A stretch of DNA of 64,000 bases from Ostreococcus lucimarinus. Taxonomy: Eukaryota. The notes beneath the pieces are model-generated. The model had not been told where the DNA came from and searched no databases. It saw only the letters and a list, made by a program, of their open reading frames with translations. The stretch lies in assembly GCA_000092065.1 (NCBI GenBank), contig CP000583.1; one strand, written 5' to 3'. Position numbers and translations under genes: made by a program. Positions 9,910 to 20,741 of the stretch are shown piece after piece. How positions within the stretch are numbered: position 1 is the stretch's first letter; each line of letters starts with the position of its first letter.

Positions 9910-11845
9910 TTAGATGAAAGCGAAAGGGTTATCGGTGCTATATTGCGCCGCCGTAGCCGTAGGCTGCGCCGTGCCTGGCGCGGCTACAGGCGCGTGTTGT
10001 ATGGGCGCAGGCTTCGAGATACTTGGTTGCGGCGAGTCCACGGGCGCAAACGAGAAGGAATCTCCTGCCGAATGAGCTTTGATGTCTTCAAACATCATCG
10101 CTTGATGCGTATCTGTGGCCGGCGCTGGCGGCTGCGAAACTGGCATCGGGAATCCCATGGGACCCAGATTCACCGGCTTCGCCGGCACTGGTGGCGGCGC
10201 CGCGGTGGCAACCGGCGCCACCGGAGTTACTGTTGGTGGCGCAGCCGGCGGCGGCTGAGATTCTTGGCTAGGCAAAGATCCAAAAACATCTGCTTCTGGG
10301 GCTTGCGATGGGACTGGCACCGCTTGTGCTGGAGGTGGCCCTGTCTTCGACTTTATTCCCGTCAATTCACCGAACGATGCGAATGGATCTGGCTGTTCCG
10401 GCTCCACCGGCGGTGCTTCCTGTTGCACTGGCGGTTGCTGCGACTGCTGCGGCATCGTTTGCGCGTTGACTGGAGCCATCACTTGCGGCGGCATCATTCC
10501 CGGCATTTGCATTTGCATTTGCGGCGGCATCATTCCCGGCATTTGTTGCATCTGCGGCGGCATCATTCCCGGCATTTGTTGCATCTGCGGCGGCATCATC
10601 CCCGGCATTTGTTGCATCTGCGGTGGCATCATTCCCGGCATTTGTTGCATCTGCGGCGGCATCATCCCCGGCATTTGTTGCATCTGGGGCGGCATCATTC
10701 CTGGCATTTGCATCTGGGGCGGCATTTGCGCTGGGTACTGCTGGATCCCTGGTGCGTTCACCCGCGGATGGACGTGCGGTTGCGGCGGAACCTGCGGCGA
10801 TAGGGTCCAAAAGTCTTCCTCTAAAGCAGGCCGAGATGCAGGCGCTGCAGGAGTCTCGACAGGCGCTGCGGGTGTCTCGATGGTCAAACCTCCGAACAAA
10901 TCAGATTGCTGCGTAGGTGCCGCCGGAGCTTGCGATACGGGCGCGACGCTCGCCGATTCTGGCACCGACGCGGCATACGATTGTTGGGCGACGGCTGGCG
11001 GTGGCTCAAACCCGAAGCTAGGTGCTTCTGCAGCTTGCGGTCGAGAGTCAAACGCGGCTGTCGCAAACGAAGTCCAATCCGCCCCGCTCGCCGGAGCCGG
11101 CGCGGCGGTTTGTTGCGGCGGCTGTGTGGTAGGCGCAACTTGAGCCGGCACCGGCGAATCAAATAAGCCGCCAAACAAATCTGGCGCTTTCGTCGCCGCC
11201 GGTTGTGCCGCCGGCGTCGCCGGAGCCACCTGACCCCCCACCGCGCTCCCCGCCCCGGCGTCGTCGTAGTACAACTTATCCACGAAAACAGCCTTGATCC
11301 ACACCTTTCCTCTCACTGTATTACCACTCTGCGGCAACGGTTCTGCCGGATTCCAGCGCGCTAAAAACGTCCGCCGCGCCGCCTCGTTGCCTTTCCTTCG
11401 CAACATCTCGACCTCATCTCCCGAGAACGTCGACGCACTGATGCTCTTAATCCTAAAATTGAAATCTCTGAATATCCCCGAGCATCTCGTGCACACGAAT
11501 ATTCCGAACGGCACGCACACCGAGCGAGGCGCCTGCGTCGCGGAGTCGTCGCGGTCAGTCATCCGCTGAACTCATCTCAACGTTCACGAGCATCCACGCG
11601 CGTTCCTTCGGTTTCGCGCCCGCGCGCGCGGTATACCGCGCGCAAAAGTAGCGCCGTCGCCGGCGCGCGCGCGCGGGGCGCCGCGCGCCGTTCGAGGGCG
11701 CGAAAGATGCGAAAGTCTCGTCGATAATCTCGTCGAAACACGACGAAGGACGCACCAAAGACCCCGGTCCGACGCACGAGAAGCACGTCTTATTCCCGGG
11801 CTCACGCGCGAGCGCGGTGAGCGCTTGCTCGTTCTTATCGTTCAT
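9910..11845 (-). CDS. ArfGAP-domain protein with a long Pro/Gln/Met-rich repetitive tail (AGFG/Hrb-like), two exons
   Basis: Exon 1 (11756..11845) reads MNDKNEQALTALAREPGNKTCFSCVGPGSL. Intron 11533..11755 has donor TTG|GTGCGT and acceptor GACGCAG|GCG, both phase 0. Exon 2 (9910..11532) reads APRSVCVPFGIFVCTRCSGIFRDFNFRIKSISASTFSGDEVEMLRRKGNEAARRTF, which is the ArfGAP C4 zinc finger. It is followed by (MPGMMPPQMQQ)n and P/A/Q-rich low complexity. The exact splice sites are uncertain. Confidence 0.6.
10484..10735. repeat. 33-nt coding tandem repeat (about 7.5 copies) encoding (MPGMMPPQMQQ)n
   Basis: Plus-strand unit cggcggcatcattcccggcatttgttgcatctg, repeated with few substitutions inside the ArfGAP gene. 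Confidence 0.8.
11533..11755 (-). other. putative spliceosomal intron (~223 nt) in the ArfGAP gene
   Basis: The ArfGAP zinc finger is split between two ORFs in different frames (11555..11845 and 9910..11562). Phase-0 GT..AG sites restore a continuous CxxC...GIFVCxxCSG motif. Confidence 0.4.
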
Positions 11846-11995
11846 CGTCTCGCGCGGGTGTCCCGTGCGGTGATGTGCGGCCCTCGAGCGCGCGCGCGCG
11901 GATTCTGTGACGAACGCGCGACGAGAGTCTCGTCACGAGACGACGACGCGCGTTCGACGCTACGTTTGGCTATGACAATTGTGCTAATTTTCGCG

Positions 11996-12721
11996 CTAAT
12001 CTTCGTCAAAGTATTTGTCCTCGGCGTCCTGGTCGATCTCGCGTCGCCAGTGAGCGTCGAGCGCGGCGTCGGCGTCGACGGAGAGGTAATCGAAACCGTC
12101 GTCGCCGCCGGCGAGAAAGCGCTCTCGCATGACGCGTTCAAAATCCGCCGCGCGCGACACGTACTCGGCCTGGGAGATGTACGTCCTCGACCGCCCGCGA
12201 GACGCTCTGTACTCATCGACGTCGACGATGAACGTCGCTTCTTCCGTCGCTTCCTCCGCCGTCGTCGCCGCTCGCCGCTCGCCGCGCGCGTCGCCGTCGC
12301 CGTCGCCGTCGCCGTCCACCGTCGCCCCATCCCATCCCTCGAACATCGCCCTGCGCCACGCCGCATCGCTCACCTTACCGTCCGTCTTCGCCGCCCCGCG
12401 TCCGACCGCGCGTCCGCTCGAGCTCGCGAACGCGTCTCCGAATCGCGCGTCGCTCGCGCTCGCGTCTCCAAACTCTTCCTCCCATCGCGCCTCCGCCGCC
12501 GCTCGAACCTCCCGCGCGCGCTCGCGCGCCAGTATCCGCTCTCCCGCGCCGTCCTCCGCCGCCGTCTCCGGCTCGGCGTCGCCCTTCCGCACGTCCACGC
12601 CGACGATTTCATCGAACGCGCGCGGGTCGCGCGCGCGCATCGAATCCACGCTAAAGTACCCGCTCGCGTCGAGCGCGACGCGCATGTGCGCGTATCGTCG
12701 ATTGCGACGGACGGAGGACAT
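11996..12721 (-). CDS. CCDC97-like protein
   Basis: MSSVRRNRRYAHMRVALDASGYFSVDSMRARDPRAFDEIVG matches the conserved CCDC97 core (RNRRY....L...G.YFS.E.MR.R.P). The start is taken at MSSVRRN; upstream of that the ORF is R-rich. Confidence 0.45.
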   Translation of the reverse strand: MSSVRRNRRYAHMRVALDASGYFSVDSMRARDPRAFDEIVGVDVRKGDAEPETAAEDGAGERILARERAREVRAAAEARWEEEFGDASASDARFGDAFASSSGRAVGRGAAKTDGKVSDAAWRRAMFEGWDGATVDGDGDGDGDARGERRAATTAEEATEEATFIVDVDEYRASRGRSRTYISQAEYVSRAADFERVMRERFLAGGDDGFDYLSVDADAALDAHWRREIDQDAEDKYFDED

Positions 12722-13079
12722 TTTCGTCGTCGCCCTCGACGCGCCGCGCGGCGCGTCGCGCTCCGCGGGCGCCGCGGCCGGCGCGCGCCGGCGCCGTCGC
12801 CGCTTTTTGTAATGCAAGACCTGTTTCAAATACCGGACCACGCGCGACCGACAGCTCGACGCCGACGCGCGACGACGCGCGCACACGCCGACGCGCGCGC
12901 GCGACGGACGCCGACGCGCGAGGACTCGCGCGCGATACTCGGGCGCGCATCGCGCGGCGACGACGCGCGCGCGGTGGACGACGACGACGACGACGCGACT
13001 CGACGGTGGATTTTGATTTTTGAAATTTCAAACCGACGCGCGCGAAGATTCGGGAAACGCGCGGACGCGAGCGACGAGG

Positions 13080-16000
13080 ATGGATCGCGCGATGGCGACG
13101 GTGGGCGACGCGGCGATGAAACGCCCGACGGCGGCGCGCGGACGGATCGATCGGATCGAGGTGGAGAATTTTAAGTCGTACAAGGGAAAGCATCAGATCG
13201 GACCTTTTAAATCCTTTACGAGCGTCGTGGGGCCGAACGGGAGCGGGAAGTCGAATCTTATGGATGCGATATCGTTCGTGCTCGGGGTGCGAAGCGCACA
13301 GTTGAGAGGGACGACGTTTAAGGATTTGATCTACACGGTGGACTTGGCGGATGCGAGTGAGAATAGACGAAGCGCTCGGGTGACGTTGGCGTACGAACCG
13401 GAGAATGAGCGAGAGATTTTGTTCTCGAGAGTCATCGAGGCGAGCGGGACGACGCATTACGAGATCGATAACCAACGATTGACGTCGGAGGAGTACAACG
13501 AACGATTGAAGTCGTACGGGATTCTGGTCAAGGCGCGAAACTTTTTGGTGTATCAGGGCGACATCGAGGCGGTGGCGCAGAAAACGCCGAAGGAGTTGAC
13601 GACGCTGATTGAACAAATTTCTGGTTCGGATGAGTACGCGGAGACGTATACGACGAACGAGCGGGCGAAGCAACGTGCCGAGGACGAAGCACACACGAGC
13701 TTTACTAAAAAGAAGTCTTTGATGACGCAGAAGAAGCAGATGCGCGAGCAAAAGGAAGAGGCGGAGAAGCACATGGCGCTTCAAGAACGCGTGAATCAGA
13801 TGAAGGTTGAAAGCACCCTGTTCAAGCTCTATCACATCGATGCCGACATAGACCGCGTTCGTGATGAGATGAGAAACGTGCGTGAAGTTCGCGACGAGCA
13901 CGTGGCTGCGAATGAGGAATCGCTCAAGGAATACGAGGACAAGCGCAAGGAGAAAATGACCAAGGATAAGACGCACTTGGCGCTCAACCGTAAGATTGAA
14001 GCGCTCAAGGGTACGATTTCCAGCCATGCGCCGCGCGTGAATCAGATCAAAGAAGAGACGACTCGAGTTCAGAAGAAATTGGAACTTGGACAGGCGCAAC
14101 TCACCAAGTCCAAGCGAGACGCGGAGAACCAAGCCAAGGAAATCGCAAACATGGAGCAACATTTGGCCAACATCGACAACGCCGAGGCGCTATTCGATCA
14201 AGACCAAAAGCGTCGAATGGAGCAAGATTCGAAGTTTGAATTGACGCCCGAACAACGAGCCGAGTACAACGCGAAGAAAATCGAATCAGGCGCGGCTACG
14301 TTCAAGTTGAAAACCGAACGCGATCAACTGATGTCTCAGCTCAACACAGATGAGGAGGCGGCGTCTCGTTTGTCGAGCAAGACCTCGGAGCTTCAATCTC
14401 GTCTTTCTTTCTTGGAAGAACAAGAAGAGCGCGAAGTTGATCGATCAAAGACGTTGCAACAGACTGAGACGGTCAACAAGGGAGAGCTGAAGAAACTTGA
14501 AAAGAAACTTAAGGAACTTGCCGATGAGAAGCGCACGGTGCGCAGCCGACAAGACCTCTTCAAGGAAAAGATTGACGCCCTCAACGCCAAGCTCCGAGAA
14601 GCCAAGGCCGACCGTAAGCAAAATGAACGCGAAACCAAGGCGCTCGAAGCTATTGCGACGATGAAGCGAATGTTCCCAGGTGTGCATGGTAGACTCACTG
14701 AGCTCATCAAGGTGACGCAAAAGAAGTATGAGCTCGCCGTCATCACTGTGCTCGGTCGTGAAGCCGATGCTGTCGTCGTTGAAGATGCTAAGACGGCGAA
14801 GGAGTGCATTCAGTATTTGAAAGAACAACGCATTCAATCGATGCAGTTCATTCCATTGAAGGAGATCAAAGTTCAAGCCATCAATGAACGCTTGCGTCAC
14901 CTCGGAGGCAGCTCTCGTTTGATTGTCGATGTTCTTCAGTTTGATAAGTCGCGCGAACGTGCCATTCTCTTCGCGTGTGGTGACACTGTGGTGTGTGATA
15001 CGCACGCTGAAGCGAAGAAGTTGGCCTTTAGCGGCGCGCAACGAATCAAGTCAGTGTCGCTGGATGGTACACTCGTCGACAAGAGTGGGCGTCTCACCGG
15101 TGGTTCTTCCTCAGGTTTAGCCGAGAAAGCGAACCGATTCAGTCGAATGGACGTCGAAAACACGCGCCAAGAGAAGATGAAACTCGAAGATGAGCTCGCC
15201 GCTATGAAGAGTCTGACTACGTTGATGCTCGAGGAGCAACAAGTGATCACGGAAAAGACGACGATTGAAAAGGACACGCAATTCTTGCAAGCCGATATGA
15301 AGGCGTTGAAGGATAAACTCGCCAAGTTAGCGCGCGACAAGGCTGTCATCGTCTCATCTCTCGAAGAATCCAAACCAGAACTTGTGGCGGCGCAGAAAGC
15401 GAGCAAAGAAGGCGCGGCCAAGGTTGCGGCGCTTGACAAACAAATTCACGCCATCATCGACGGAATTTACGCCTCGTTTGTCAAGACTCTCAATATTGCG
15501 AATATTCGCGTGTATGAGAACGAACACTTGATGCGCAAGCAGAAAGAAGCCGAAGAGAAGAGTAGATTTGCGTCACAACGCTCGAAGTGGAAGGAACAGC
15601 TCAATTATGAGAAGAGCCGCGACACCGAGGGCCCAGTCAAATCCGCCGAAGGCATGATCGCGAGATACAAAGCTGAACTCGCTGAGCTCGAAGCTTCGGC
15701 GGTGAATGCGATGAAAGAACTCGATGAATCGAAGAATAAGCTTGTGAAGATGGAAACTGAGCATCAACAAGCCAAGGCGCAAGCCAAGGCGCTCGAAAGT
15801 GACATTGTGGTGCTCAAGGAGAAGACTACGATGGCGGTGCAAGAAACAGCTCGACTCGACAAGAAGCTCTCTTCCAGCCAAAACGAAATCGATGCGCAGC
15901 GCGAGATTCGCAATGGTATCATCTCAAACGCGACGATGGAACAAATGGAACTTCCGCGCGTGCTCGCGCTCGGCGCTGGTGAAAACGACGGCGACGCCAT

Positions 16001-16793
16001 GGAAGTTGACGGCGAAACGTCCACCGCTGGGAACGTCGTCCTCGACTACTCCAACTTGAGGAGCGATTTGAAGCAAGTAAGCAAGTTTGAGCGCGAAGGC
16101 AAGGAGAATGAACTTAGAATCAAGATTGATGAGACTTCGATCGAGCTTGCTCGATTGGAGCCGAATATGAAGGCTCTCGAGCAGTACGAGACGATCAAGG
16201 AGAAGGAACGATTGCAGACGTTAGAATTAGAAGCGGCGAAAGAGCGAGTGAAAGAAGCGACCGACGCCTTCGAGGATGTGCGAAGTCGACGACGCTCCAT
16301 CTTCCTCGATGCTTTCCAGCATATCGCCGACTCTATCGACGTTCTGTACAAGGAGTTGACGCAAAGTGCGAGCCACCCGCTCGGCGGTCAGGCATACTTG
16401 AGCCTCGAAAGCAACGAAGATCCTTTCTTGCACGGTGTCAACTTCACCGCCATGCCGCCCACGAAGCGTTTCCGTGAAATGGAACAGCTTTCTGGCGGTG
16501 AGAAGACGATCGCTGCTGTTGCGCTCTTGTTCTCGATTCACTCTTACCGAAGCTCGCCGTTCTTTGTCCTCGACGAAGTCGACGCGGCGCTCGATAAGGT
16601 GAACGTCGAAAAGCTCGCCAAGTTCATGGCTGCGCGCTCGCATGGCAAGGATGGTAAGGATGGCACTCAGTCCATCGTAATTTCTTTGAAGGATTACTTT
16701 TACGACAAGGCGGATGCTCTCGTCGGCGTCACGCGAGACGTCTCGCAGGCGTGCTCCAAGGTGCTGACGTTTGATTTGACGCAATACGACTAA
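13080..16793 (+). CDS. SMC1: structural maintenance of chromosomes protein 1 (cohesin SMC1)
   Basis: The N-terminal Walker A head IEVENFKSYKGKHQIGPFKSFTSVVGPNGSGKSNLMDAISFVLGVRS, a long coiled coil, a hinge, and the C-terminal signature LSGGEKTIAAVALLFSIHSYRSSPFFVLDEVDAALDKVNV are all as in SMC1. The start is 13020 or a downstream Met (13080 or 13116). Confidence 0.9.
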   Translation: MDRAMATVGDAAMKRPTAARGRIDRIEVENFKSYKGKHQIGPFKSFTSVVGPNGSGKSNLMDAISFVLGVRSAQLRGTTFKDLIYTVDLADASENRRSARVTLAYEPENEREILFSRVIEASGTTHYEIDNQRLTSEEYNERLKSYGILVKARNFLVYQGDIEAVAQKTPKELTTLIEQISGSDEYAETYTTNERAKQRAEDEAHTSFTKKKSLMTQKKQMREQKEEAEKHMALQERVNQMKVESTLFKLYHIDADIDRVRDEMRNVREVRDEHVAANEESLKEYEDKRKEKMTKDKTHLALNRKIEALKGTISSHAPRVNQIKEETTRVQKKLELGQAQLTKSKRDAENQAKEIANMEQHLANIDNAEALFDQDQKRRMEQDSKFELTPEQRAEYNAKKIESGAATFKLKTERDQLMSQLNTDEEAASRLSSKTSELQSRLSFLEEQEEREVDRSKTLQQTETVNKGELKKLEKKLKELADEKRTVRSRQDLFKEKIDALNAKLREAKADRKQNERETKALEAIATMKRMFPGVHGRLTELIKVTQKKYELAVITVLGREADAVVVEDAKTAKECIQYLKEQRIQSMQFIPLKEIKVQAINERLRHLGGSSRLIVDVLQFDKSRERAILFACGDTVVCDTHAEAKKLAFSGAQRIKSVSLDGTLVDKSGRLTGGSSSGLAEKANRFSRMDVENTRQEKMKLEDELAAMKSLTTLMLEEQQVITEKTTIEKDTQFLQADMKALKDKLAKLARDKAVIVSSLEESKPELVAAQKASKEGAAKVAALDKQIHAIIDGIYASFVKTLNIANIRVYENEHLMRKQKEAEEKSRFASQRSKWKEQLNYEKSRDTEGPVKSAEGMIARYKAELAELEASAVNAMKELDESKNKLVKMETEHQQAKAQAKALESDIVVLKEKTTMAVQETARLDKKLSSSQNEIDAQREIRNGIISNATMEQMELPRVLALGAGENDGDAMEVDGETSTAGNVVLDYSNLRSDLKQVSKFEREGKENELRIKIDETSIELARLEPNMKALEQYETIKEKERLQTLELEAAKERVKEATDAFEDVRSRRRSIFLDAFQHIADSIDVLYKELTQSASHPLGGQAYLSLESNEDPFLHGVNFTAMPPTKRFREMEQLSGGEKTIAAVALLFSIHSYRSSPFFVLDEVDAALDKVNVEKLAKFMAARSHGKDGKDGTQSIVISLKDYFYDKADALVGVTRDVSQACSKVLTFDLTQYD

Positions 16794-16795
16794 CC

Positions 16796-16820
16796 ACGAC
16801 GACGACGACGACGACGACGT
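16796..16820. repeat. (GAC)n microsatellite immediately after the SMC1 stop
   Basis: The sequence cgacgacgacgacgacgacgacg lies just 3' of the SMC1 TAA. Confidence 0.8.
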
Positions 16821-17377
16821 TACGAAACGGCATTATAGAACTTTTTCACTTGTATTACAAATATATAGGATACGCTCACCACCCAACGCGCACCGCTCAC
16901 GGGAAATCTTCCGTCGCGCGAATGACTCTAATTCCGTCGTCGTCATCCACCGTCAACCTATACATCAAGTACGCGATCCCGAGCCCGAACGCCATGACTA
17001 CCGCGCCCTGCATCGCGAGCGGGATGCTTCGGCGGCGTCGTTCGGGATTCAATAATCCTGCGCGCGCTCCGCGTCAGTCATCGATCGAGCGTCGTGTTCG
17101 GGCGCGAAAACGTGTTGCGTCGAGGATGACGACGCCGCGAGCGGGCGCGCACATCGCGCGCGCGGCGTCGATGCCGACTTACCTGAGTCTTCGCTCGGAC
17201 TGGCGCCGTACATGGAGGACATGGTGCGCGCGACGACCGCCGCTGCGAGATGTGTCGCGCGAGCTTTAGTGTTCGGCGACGACGCTCGTCTTGATACGGG
17301 TGACTTTCGGCGCGCGCGCGGCGGTAGAGACGACGATCACTACGGAGTTGGCGATGTGATATTACTTATATTATTAC

Positions 17378-18325
17378 TCACTTGTCCTTGTTCATGAGCC
17401 CGCGGAAGAAACCGCTGGCTTTGCCCACGGCTTCGTTCACGGGCGACTTGGCTGCGATGGAGTTGTACAACGCCGCCTCTAAATCCGTTTGCTGAGGTCG
17501 CCGCTGCATCGCCCCGACCTGCGCGAACGCGCCCTTCTCTTTCACTAAGATTCGCCACGGCGTTCCCGCGGGCGCGCCTCCTCGCACGCACTTAAACACC
17601 GCGCCCTCGAGCGAAGACGCGAACATTGACGCTTGGATATTCAGCGGCAGGAACGAGTACACCACGACGAACGAATTCGCAAACGCCTCCACATCGCTCG
17701 GCGCCGCGTCGTCCACCCCAGCCTGTTGTCGCGACATCGACCACGCCAACCCCCCGTCGCCGTCGTGCTCCCACTCCACGTTCACGCACACCGTCGGCCT
17801 TCCCTCTCCCGCTCGACACTTGCGCATCGCCGCCTCCACCCGATCGCTCGGCACTCCGACCAACGCGATGATCCCATCCCTCGCCGCCGCGTCCGCCGCC
17901 GTCCACGCGTCATCCACGCTCACGCACTCCATCGCGCTTCCCATCTCTCGCGCCAGTTTCGCCGCGCTCGCCCTTCCGAACACCGCCGTCGCGTCTCTCG
18001 CGCCGTCGCCCAGCGTCCCCGTCGCCATCTCGATCAGCGCCGCGTCCGAGTCATCGTTCACCGGCAGCTCCACCGCCAACCGCGCCGGTTTCCCGACCGC
18101 TCGCCCGCTCGACCGTCGGCGCTTCGTCGCGCGCTTCGTCGACTTTTCGAGCGCGCGCTCGACGGCGACGCGCGCCTGGTCGTACGCCTCGGATTTCCCG
18201 CGCGGCGGCGCCGCGGCCTCGTCCGCGCCCGCGGCGCGCGCGACGACGCGACGCGCGACGCCGCGTCGTCGTCCGTCGCGCGCGGGCGCGACGCCGGGCG
18301 CGACGCGCGGCGTCGTCGCGCGCAT
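17378..18325 (-). CDS. hypothetical protein, possibly plastid DUF1995-like (LPA3-like)
   Basis: The C-terminal 315 aa of ORF 17378..18634 carry an Arg/Ala-rich transit-peptide-like N-terminus (MRATTPRVAPGVAPARDGRRRG), then LAVELPVNDDSDAALIEMA...VVVYSFLPLNI... with a DUF1995-like profile. The assignment is weak. The upstream third of the ORF is R-rich and not coding-like. Confidence 0.3.
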   Translation of the reverse strand: MRATTPRVAPGVAPARDGRRRGVARRVVARAAGADEAAAPPRGKSEAYDQARVAVERALEKSTKRATKRRRSSGRAVGKPARLAVELPVNDDSDAALIEMATGTLGDGARDATAVFGRASAAKLAREMGSAMECVSVDDAWTAADAAARDGIIALVGVPSDRVEAAMRKCRAGEGRPTVCVNVEWEHDGDGGLAWSMSRQQAGVDDAAPSDVEAFANSFVVVYSFLPLNIQASMFASSLEGAVFKCVRGGAPAGTPWRILVKEKGAFAQVGAMQRRPQQTDLEAALYNSIAAKSPVNEAVGKASGFFRGLMNKDK

Positions 18326-18928
18326 GCCTCTGACGCGCGATGCCGACGACCGCAGTCGGCGACGCGACGCGGCATGCTCACGCGCGGCGCGACCGCGGCG
18401 CGCGCGACGACGCGAGGGCCCGCGGCGCGATCGCGCGCGGCGACGGCGGCGCGACGGCCGAGGACGGCGCGCGCGAGGGCGTCCACGGATGATGATTCGA
18501 CGCGATCGTCGATGGACGACGGACGCGTGAATCGATTCGTCGAGCGCGAGAGCGGCGCGAAGAGGAGCGAGCGCGCGGTGGTTGGATTTTGGCAGACGTT
18601 CGCCGCGCGCGCGAGCGAGGCGAGACGGAAACACTTCGATGGACGCAAGACGGTGAGCTCGAAGGATGGGACAAAGGCGAAGTGAGCTTTTTTCGGCGTT
18701 CGAGCGAACGTTCGAGTGTGTATTAATTTCATGGACGCGTCATTATTGATTAGAGGACGACGCGGGATGGATGAGGTTTGAGGGCGCGACGCGCTTCGAC
18801 GGATGTTTTAATGATATTCATATTCAAATCCGGACTCGCCCGCGCTAATTCGTCTTGATTTTTGGGATTCCGCGGCGAACGCGCGCGCCCGGAGCGTGCT
18901 CGTTGAGTCGGTGCGTTATTCGACCGCG

Positions 18929-19555
18929 CTACTTTTGATTTTGAGGATTCTGCGGCGAGCGGGCCCAGAGTTTACTCATCAAGTCGGCGTATTGCTGCTT
19001 ACGCAGGCCCGGCTTTTCAGCCTTGAGTTCGGGGAGTTTTTCCGCCTCAAACGCAGCGTACGCAGCTTTACCGCTCAACGGCGCGGGCGACGCCGATCGC
19101 TCTTCGACCGTCAGCGCATCCAGCGCGGCGTCGACGCCGCTCGCCGAGACCACGTCGATACTTCTATTTTCGTTAGCTCGCAAAACCGCGTCGTCGTATT
19201 CGTCAGACTCTTGTATTTTTTGTTCAGCCTTTTTCGCCGCAAACTTCGCCTTGAGCCTCGCCTTGGCGTCCATCTCTTTCCCTTGCGCCAAATCATACGC
19301 CGTCACCTTCTTCGCCGGCGCCTTCTTCGCCCCCGAGAACGCCGCCTCTTCCTCCGCCGCCTGCCGTCTCGCCTCGGCGCGCGCCGCCGCCTTCGCGTCC
19401 GCCGCCGCCGCGTCCATCTCGGCGCGTTGCGCCGCCTTGCTCTTCTTTCCGTCCCCGTGCGCCGCCCAGTGCGCGTCTTCTTCCGCTTTTTTCGCCGCCG
19501 CGGACCGCTCGATCGCTTTCGTCGTCTCGCGTTCGTTTTTTTGCGCGCGGCGCAC
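18929..19555 (-). CDS. CCDC124 / Lso2-like ribosome-associated coiled-coil protein
   Basis: 208 aa that is K/A/E-rich. The C-terminus SGKAAYAAFEAEKLPELKAEKPGLRKQQYADLMSKLWARSPQNPQN matches the CCDC124 family (AAY.AFEE..LP.LK.E.PGLR.SQ....W..SP.NP.N). Confidence 0.7.
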   Translation of the reverse strand: MRRAQKNERETTKAIERSAAAKKAEEDAHWAAHGDGKKSKAAQRAEMDAAAADAKAAARAEARRQAAEEEAAFSGAKKAPAKKVTAYDLAQGKEMDAKARLKAKFAAKKAEQKIQESDEYDDAVLRANENRSIDVVSASGVDAALDALTVEERSASPAPLSGKAAYAAFEAEKLPELKAEKPGLRKQQYADLMSKLWARSPQNPQNQK

Positions 19556-19636
19556 GCTCGCCTGCGAGGTTGCGCGTCAGTCGAGTTTTCTTTCGGGTCG
19601 TGCGGATTCGCCTCGCCTCGTTCGCGCGCGAGGTCG

Positions 19637-19661
19637 GGCGAGCGAGCGAGCGAGCGAGCGA
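19637..19661. repeat. (GCGA)n microsatellite in the intergenic region
   Basis: gcgagcgagcgagcgagcgagcga. Confidence 0.7.
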
Positions 19662-19841
19662 TTCGCGCGAGCGCGCGCGCACCGTGGACGGCATGTCGAG
19701 TCGGCGCCGCGAGCGGCGGCGTGTGCGGCGACGGCGGGGACGCGCGCGAGCGTCGGCGACGGCGGTTCAAACGAGGGCTGAATACGTACGTTGTTTACAA
19801 ACGACGGCTAACGTCGAACAATGCGTATAAAAAGTCGCGCG

Positions 19842-20558
19842 CTACGCGGGAAGCGTTTCTAGGACGACGACGCCCGCGTCCGCGAGCTCCTTCTCGGCCG
19901 CCTCCATCGTTCCCGGCAACGCCACGCCCGCGCAACAATCCCGCACGACGTACGCGTCGTATCCCAATCGTTTCGCGTCTAACGCGGTGTACTTGACGCA
20001 AAAGTCGTACGCTAATCCGACGACGTACACGCGTTTGACGCCTTCCTTCTTGAGGTACTCATCCAGACCCGTATCGCTCCGTCGGTCGTTTTCAAAAAAC
20101 GCGCTGTACGAATCGACGTCCCGGTTGTGTCCTTTTCTCACCACCATCGCCCTCGCCGGCACCACTAAATCGTCGTGAAACGCGCATCCCCACGTCCCCT
20201 GCACGCAGTGATCGGGCCAGAGCGTCTGCGTCCCGTGCGCGAGCTCCACCTCGTCGTACGGCGCCTTCCCCGCGTGCGCGCTCGCGAAGCTCTCGTGTCC
20301 CGCCGGGTGATAATCCTGCGCGAACACCACCCTGTCGAACGCCTCGACGCACCTCGAGCACGCGCGCGCGACGCCGTCCCCCCCCCGCACCGTCAGCGCC
20401 CCGCTCGGCGCCGCGAAATCGTTCTGCACGTCGATCACGAGCAGCGCGCGGTCGCCCTGCGCGCCGAGCGCGCCCGTCGACGCGCCCGCGTCGCCGCGTC
20501 GTTCGTCCGCCGCCGTCGTCGCCAGCGCGAGCTCGCGCGCGGCGCGCACCCCGCGCAT
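19842..20558 (-). CDS. nicotinamidase / isochorismatase-family hydrolase (PncA-like)
   Basis: The C-terminal 238 aa of ORF 19842..21626, from MRGVRAA: ALLVIDVQNDFAAPSGALTVRGGDGV...VFAQDYHPAGH...TLWPDHCVQGTWGCAF...RVYVVGLAYDFCVKYTALDAKRLGYDAYVVRDCCAGV, typical of nicotinamidase. The rest of the long ORF is GC-rich antisense of the SMT gene. Confidence 0.8.
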   Translation of the reverse strand: MRGVRAARELALATTAADERRGDAGASTGALGAQGDRALLVIDVQNDFAAPSGALTVRGGDGVARACSRCVEAFDRVVFAQDYHPAGHESFASAHAGKAPYDEVELAHGTQTLWPDHCVQGTWGCAFHDDLVVPARAMVVRKGHNRDVDSYSAFFENDRRSDTGLDEYLKKEGVKRVYVVGLAYDFCVKYTALDAKRLGYDAYVVRDCCAGVALPGTMEAAEKELADAGVVVLETLPA

Positions 20559-20741
20559 CGCCGCGCGCGCCGGCGGTCGCGCGCGCCGCGGTGCGCCGCC
20601 GCGCGCGCGCTCGACGGTCGACTCGACGCGAATCGAATCGAATCGAATCGATCGCGCGACCGACGCGACGGCGATCGAGACGCGGCGATGCGACGCACAC
20701 CGCGACGCGGTGACGCGCGGCGACGCGACGCGAGCGCGACG
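20559..20741. promoter_or_regulatory. putative bidirectional promoter (nicotinamidase <-> SMT1), about 183 bp, containing a (CGAAT)5 repeat at ~20628-20654
   Basis: Divergent start codons at 20558 (minus) and 20742 (plus), with cgaatcgaatcgaatcgaatcga in between. Confidence 0.3.
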
